A DNA stretch of 64,000 nucleotides from Macrostomum hystrix (Eukaryota > Animalia > Platyhelminthes), in contig CATNEN010000003.1 in NCBI GenBank assembly GCA_950097015.1, positions 8,742,001 to 8,806,000 of the forward strand. Direction: 5' to 3'. Positions 58,847-64,000 of this stretch are shown in pieces. The position numbers and the translations under genes were made by a program. How positions within the stretch are numbered: position 1 is the first letter of the stretch; every line of letters begins with the position of its first letter. Under the pieces are notes generated by a model. The model had not been told where the DNA came from and searched no databases. It saw only the letters and a program-made list of their open reading frames with translations.

Positions 58847-60500
58847 AGCTCAAAGGAAACTGGGGGCTTAAAGAAGAAAGTGGATTTTTGGGAGAAGGAT
58901 TACTTTAGCGAGATGATGCAGTCGGGAGAATTAAGTCTTCAGGGAGAATGGGATAATGGACATCATAGTGAGAATGGGCAGTTCATATCGAGGAAAATGA
59001 GTTCAGAGATTAAAAAGTGTCCTGCCTTGGGAATGATGAGCAGATTGGATCTCATTCTATTACAGATTGTCTGTGCCATAAAATAGTCGGCCTTCATATT
59101 CTTGGCGTGGCCAAGAAACGACAAAAACTTGGCGGAAGTCTGGCTGAAGCAGTGATTATTTAGTCCTCTTAAATTGCCTTGACTCCAACCAGGCGGGCAT
59201 GTACTTTTATGAAATCGATGCACTTTAATCCGATAGCCATCTTTGCCTGGCAGCCCAGTTGAATAGACAGTGGTTGAGAACCTCAGGGTGACTGAGCTGC
59301 TTCTAGTAATCATTATTCGCCTGCTCCAGTGAAGATTGACTTCGTGCAGAAGCTGCATTTTTGTATCAGCCTCCAACAGCAGCAAATAGTTGTGATCTTC
59401 GGCAATGTCCGCTTCCAGCACTGAGATAAGTAAGCGTTAGTCGGAGCCTCCGCTGACAACAAAATTGCAAGTCATTCCCCCTGACAAGGTCTCATTTTGC
59501 CTGTGCCTGGTGATGATTTCAATGGAATCGTCTGTGGGCCATTTGTCGATTGTCAGAGGTTTTTTTGTGTTAGGGCAGTAGTTTTGGTTACTCCCAACTG
59601 TGCAGCTTGCACTACTGATTATTAGTATAACAAGCAGTAGTATGCTTTGCGCTTGCATCGTTTATTTAAAAGATTAGGGAAAGTTAAAAAAAGAAGGGTG
59701 ACGGAAGTTCTAGAAAACAAGTAAAAAAGCCACGCGAACTGGCTAGAATTCTATGCTTTGTGCGCAGTTTCAATACAACATCTTCGTCTACCACAAAGTG
59801 CCTAATGGTCACCTAAGAGTTTGTTTCGAGAAATCATTCCCAGCGGCAGTCCATGTAGCGCATTGGTGGGTGCCTGGCTCGCATGGATCGGCGGGGGGCA
59901 GCTGTTTCGGCCTGAGGCTCTGCCGCCAGTACCGCAGTGTCAGCCCGGTAATCAGCCTGTGCGATATGCTGCCAGCAGGAAGTCCGTCTGCTGGCTGGAT
60001 CGCACCATCGGATCGACCTTTGGCTTACTAAGCTAAAAATATGAACGAGTATATTGGTATATTCTTAACAACAACTCATGCTTATTTTGCCAATGTCTAA
60101 AAATACAGATCGTTATAATCTTTTGTGAAATAGGCTTTAGCCATAGACTATAAATTGTTTACAGCATCTATGGTCGAAACCGCGAAAAAAGTAAAAAATT
60201 ACAGCGAACTCAAACTGACAAGATTGGTTTTCTAGAGTAAGGTAATATAAAAATGTGATACAGGTGTATTTTATCAATGCGAACATTTTTTACTACTTGT
60301 CATTGTTAGTTAAAATCTTAGTTCAGTTTTGCTTAAAATCTTGCTTATTAAACCAAAAAATATTAATTTGATAGAGTTGCATTGCTCAGCCTGAGCGTTA
60401 TAAATAAACGTTTTCGACAAAAATTTCGCACAAAATTCAACACGCGTCGATATCAGCAATCTCGACAAAAGCTTACTTGCTCCGCCACAAGCATGCAAAA

Positions 60501-61240
60501 GTACACAAGCACAACCAATCCTCGCTAGGCCCTCTCTGCCGATGTACACAAGCACAACCAATCCTCGTTAGGCCCTCTCTGCTGATGTACACAAGCACAA
60601 CCAATCCTCGTTAGGCCCTCTCTGCTGATGTACACAAGCACAACCGATCCTCATTAGGCCCTCTCTGCTGATGTACACAAGCACAACCAATCCTCGTTAG
60701 GCCCTCTCTGCCGATGTACACAAGCACAACCAATCCTCGCTAGGCCCTCTCTGCCGATGTACACAAGCACAACCGATCCTCATTAGGCCCTCTCTGCTGA
60801 TGTACACAAGCACAACCAATCCTCGCTAGGCCCTCTCTGCCGATGTACACAAGCACAACCGATCCTCGTTAGGCCCTCTCTGCTGATGTACACAAGCACA
60901 ACCGATCCTCATTAGGCCCTCTCTGCTGATGTACACAAGCACAACCAATCCTCGTTAGGCCCTCTCTGCCGATGTACACAAGCACAACCAATCCTCGTTA
61001 GGCCCTCTCTCCCGATGTACACAAGCACAACCAATCCTCGTTAGGCCCTCTCTGCCGATGTACACAAGCACAACCAATCCTCACTAGGCCCTCTGCTGAT
61101 GTACACAAGCACAACCAATCCTCGCTAGGCCCTCTCTGCTGATGTACACAAGCACAACCAATCCTCACTAGGCCCTCTGCTGATGTACAAAAGCACAACC
61201 AATCCTCGCTAGGCCCTCTCTGCCGATGTACACAAGCACA
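60501..61240. repeat. 43-bp minisatellite (GATGTACACAAGCACAACCAATCCTCGTTAGGCCCTCTCTGCY)n
   Basis: About 17 tandem units. Confidence 0.96.
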
Positions 61241-62071
61241 AGAAAATCTGTTAGACTTAAGCCAAAAGCAAAGAAATTAAAGAGCACACGAAGTCTAAAG
61301 TTGTGTTTCAAGTCAGCCGTTTAGTCATAAGTCACAATCAAAACAGTTGAACTAAAAAATAACTGTTTCAAAGACAAAGTGAAAGTTAGAATCTGCATTG
61401 CAATTGGCGTTATAGTTAAATGTTAAGCACACTCAAGCTAGATCTGTTAGAGCAGTTACTACTGATGTTTACGAGTAATTGAAGGCACAAATTTATTAGA
61501 TTTTCTTCGCAATTACATTGAACAACAAAAGAAATAAATAAACAGGTCCCGCCCGCTAAGAAGATGTTAAAATATAAATAGTGCAATACCTAAAATAACT
61601 ACCGAACAACCAGCAAGTTAAGCATGAAAGTATATTTTCAAAGATTAAACAATAAAATTAATATCAATGAACTCTTTTGCAAAGAACTACTTTTGTTGGA
61701 GTATTCAAAGTGTTTGAATGTTAAATCTATAATCTATTATATAATCACAGCAGGTGCAATACATGATTTACTGTGCACAATAACTATAATGATTTATGTC
61801 TCTACTAGTCTAATTCAGCGATCTGTACAACATGAGGCTTAGGACGGAGAAGTGGAAAATTCTGTGTTTAAATAAACCAGGTCAAACGAACAGCTAGCAA
61901 AGTGGGATAAAAAGATGTTAAAAACAAAGTAAGCAAAAATATTAAATAGGACACTGGAATGTAAAATATTTGTAGATCTAATGTATAAATATAGAAAATG
62001 TATAACGGAATGTATAATGATATTAGATTTTTGTTTTTTTATTTCTCTTAGTAGTGTATGGTGTACAAGAC

Positions 62072-62762
62072 CAGTGTACATTGAGGGCAAGCTCGGAAAG
62101 GGCAGTGTACATTAAAGCAGTGTACATTGAGGGTCAGGGCGGGAAGGGCAGCGTACATTGAGGGAGAGGGCGGGAAGGGCAGTGTACATTGAGGGAGAGG
62201 GCGGGAAGGGCAGTGTACATTGAGGGAGAGGGCGGGAAGGGCAGTATACATTGAGGCTAAGCGCGGAAAGGGCAGTGTACATTAAAGCAGTGTACATTGA
62301 GGGTCAGGGCGGGAAGGGCAGCGTACATTGAGGGAGAGGGCGGGAAGGGCAGTATACATTGAGGCTAAGCGCGGAAAGGGCAGTGTACATTAAAGCAGTG
62401 TACATTGAGGGTCAGGGCGGGAAGGGCAGCGTACATTGAGGGAGAGGGCGGGAAGGGCAGTGTACATTGAGGGAGAGGGCGGGAAGGGCAGTGTACATTG
62501 AGGGAGAGGGCGGGAAGGGCAGTATACATTGAGGCTAAGCGCGAAAAGGGCAGTGTACATTAAAGCAGTGTACATTGAGGGTCAGGGCGGGAGGGGCAGT
62601 GTACATTGAGGGTGAGGGCGGGAAGGGCAGTGTACGTTGAGGATCAGGGTAAGCGCGGAAAGGGCAGTGTACGTTCAGGATCAGGGTAAGCGCGGGAAGG
62701 GCAGTGTACGTTGAGGATCAGGGTAAGCGCGGGAAGGGCAGTGTACGTTGAGGATCAGGGTT
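62072..62762. repeat. ~31-bp G-rich minisatellite (GGGCAGTGTACATTGAGGGAGAGGGCGGGAA)n
   Basis: Tandem units with recurring variant blocks. Confidence 0.93.
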
Positions 62763-63088
62763 AGCAAGGAAGGCTAGTGAATAAAATCACACAATAAACT
62801 TCCGTATCACAGAAAAAGTGCAACAATTATAGGGCAGTAATAAAACAAAACGAAAAAATCTACACTTAAAACAAAAAGCGAATATGAAGCACTAAAACAG
62901 CCAAATATACAAAAACAAAGTAATGTTACCAATTGCATACAGATTGGTAAGCACACAGCAAGCTTGAAAATGGAATGTTATGAAATAACAATACCCTTAA
63001 ACAAAAGTTCAGTTTTTAAGTGGAGAGATTATTTAACAATGACAGCGCCAGGCTAGACGAAAAAAACATTAAATTTACTTCCTGGAAC

Positions 63089-63270
63089 TCAAATCTTGGC
63101 CGTGTTGTACCAATGCTGCGGCGGTTGACCCGGCGGCTGCTGCTGCTGCTGCTGCTGTTGCTGTTCAAGCTGGTAGTTATGGTAACCAGGCAGCTGATAG
63201 GTTGCAGCTATCGTTACATAATCGACGGAGCTGCGATTAACTGGCAAGGTGGCGCCGCTTCGTTCCGGGT
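63089..63270 (-). CDS. Probable terminal coding exon of a gene extending beyond the window
   Basis: Acceptor tttcctctcatctgtcag|, phase 1, reads PERSGATLPVNRSSVDYVTIAATYQLPGYHNYQLEQQQQQQQQPPGQPPQHWYNTAKI*; GC-rich island in AT-rich flanks. Confidence 0.5.
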
Positions 63271-63418
63271 CTGACAGATGAGAGGAAACGATAATTAGGA
63301 TAAAATAAGTTTACACTACTGTAAAACATATTTAGCATACAAACGATGATTATATTTTATTTAAAAGTGGAAAAGCCTGGTCACTACTTTCATTTCAGCA
63401 TGCAAATCATTGCAGAGC

Positions 63419-64000
63419 GAGAGGAGAGGAAAGGAAAATAGAGGAGAGGAGAAGAGTGAAGAGGAGAGAAGGAAGAGGAAAGGAGAGGAGAAAGAGGAAA
63501 GGAGAGGAGGAAGAGGAAAGGAGAGGAGGAAGAGGAAAGGAGAGGAGGAAGAGGAAAGGAGAGGAGGAAGAGGAAAGGAGAGGGGGAAGAGGAAATGAGA
63601 GGAGAGGAGAGGAAAGGAGAGGAGAGGAAAGGAAAGGAGAGGAGGAAGAGGAAAGGAGAGGAGGAAGAGGAAAGGAGAGGGGGAAGAGGAAATGAGAGGA
63701 GAGGAGAGGAAAGGAGAGGAGAGGAAAGGAAAGGAGAGGAGGAAGAGGAAAGGAGAGGAGGAAGAGGAAAGGAGAGGGGGAAGAGGAAATGAGAGGAGAG
63801 GAGAGGAAAGGAGAGGAGAGGAAAGGAAAGGAGAGGAGGAAGAGGAAAGGAGAGGAGGAAGAGGAAAGGAGAGGGGGAAGAGGAAATGAGAGGAGAGGAG
63901 AGGAGAGGAGAGGAGAGGAGAGGAGAGTAAAGAAGAGGAAAGGAAAGAAGAGGAGAGGAGGAGAGTAAAGAAGAGGAAAGGAAAGAAGAGGAGAGGAAAG
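63419..64000. repeat. Polypurine (GA-rich) tract with a 97-bp period
   Basis: Almost only A/G; the rare ATG marker recurs 97 bp apart (near 63595, 63692, 63789, 63886). Confidence 0.95.

Larger units (their letters stand above)
55836..59658 (-). pseudogene. CUB + C-type lectin type I membrane protein with an in-frame TAA at 59437-59439 (pseudogene, null allele or sequence error); exons ~59658-59025, ~57320-57150, 56687-56164, 55957-55836
   Basis: Signal peptide; CUB-like segment (TCNFVV..., SSSVTLRFST...GYRI); CPPGW...AQTIC...VWIGL...YWLDGT...HYFAC; TM ASILLLVILALVIIVLVII; cytoplasmic VDPAAV repeats. Intron 1 boundaries are uncertain. Confidence 0.7.

Noticed and set aside
59437-59439. Alternative genetic code (TAA as sense)
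   Set aside because: Other genes in the window (UTP3, MYRF, gag, C7orf25-like) end at TAA normally.
59753-60036. GC-rich short ORFs upstream of the CUB-CTL gene
   Set aside because: No recognisable protein motif in any frame examined; left unannotated.
63410-63889. Arg/Glu/Gly-rich ORFs
   Set aside because: Translation of a purine-only repeat.

Overview
Eukaryotic (animal) genomic DNA with spliceosomal introns, many of them filled by minisatellites. The style (GC-rich exons, minisatellite introns, co-oriented housekeeping genes) suggests a free-living flatworm such as Macrostomum; this is an inference. Left to right: an otopetrin-like channel exon (-); 23-bp and 18-bp tandem arrays; a collapsed Gypsy gag/integrase relic; a 4-exon secreted F-type lectin (+); two intronless PAN-like + C-type lectin paralogues (+); four closely spaced minus-strand genes (MTPAP/TUTase-like -> C7orf25-like -> NAXD-like -> UTP3/SAS10); an intact young Ty3/Gypsy LTR retrotransposon (-); a MYRF homologue (+); a CUB + C-type lectin membrane receptor with one in-frame stop (-); and the last exon of a gene that runs off the right edge. 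Two tRNA-derived SINE families are scattered throughout. The most interesting signals are: (1) a candidate operon in which ATG-less genes begin at phase-0 splice acceptors, consistent with a start codon donated by a spliced leader; (2) a NAXD homologue that has lost key catalytic motifs; (3) a lectin pair with near-identical N-halves and diverged sugar-binding domains; (4) a -1 frameshift heptamer plus pseudoknot in the retrotransposon. Exon boundaries were read by eye, and a few are uncertain.
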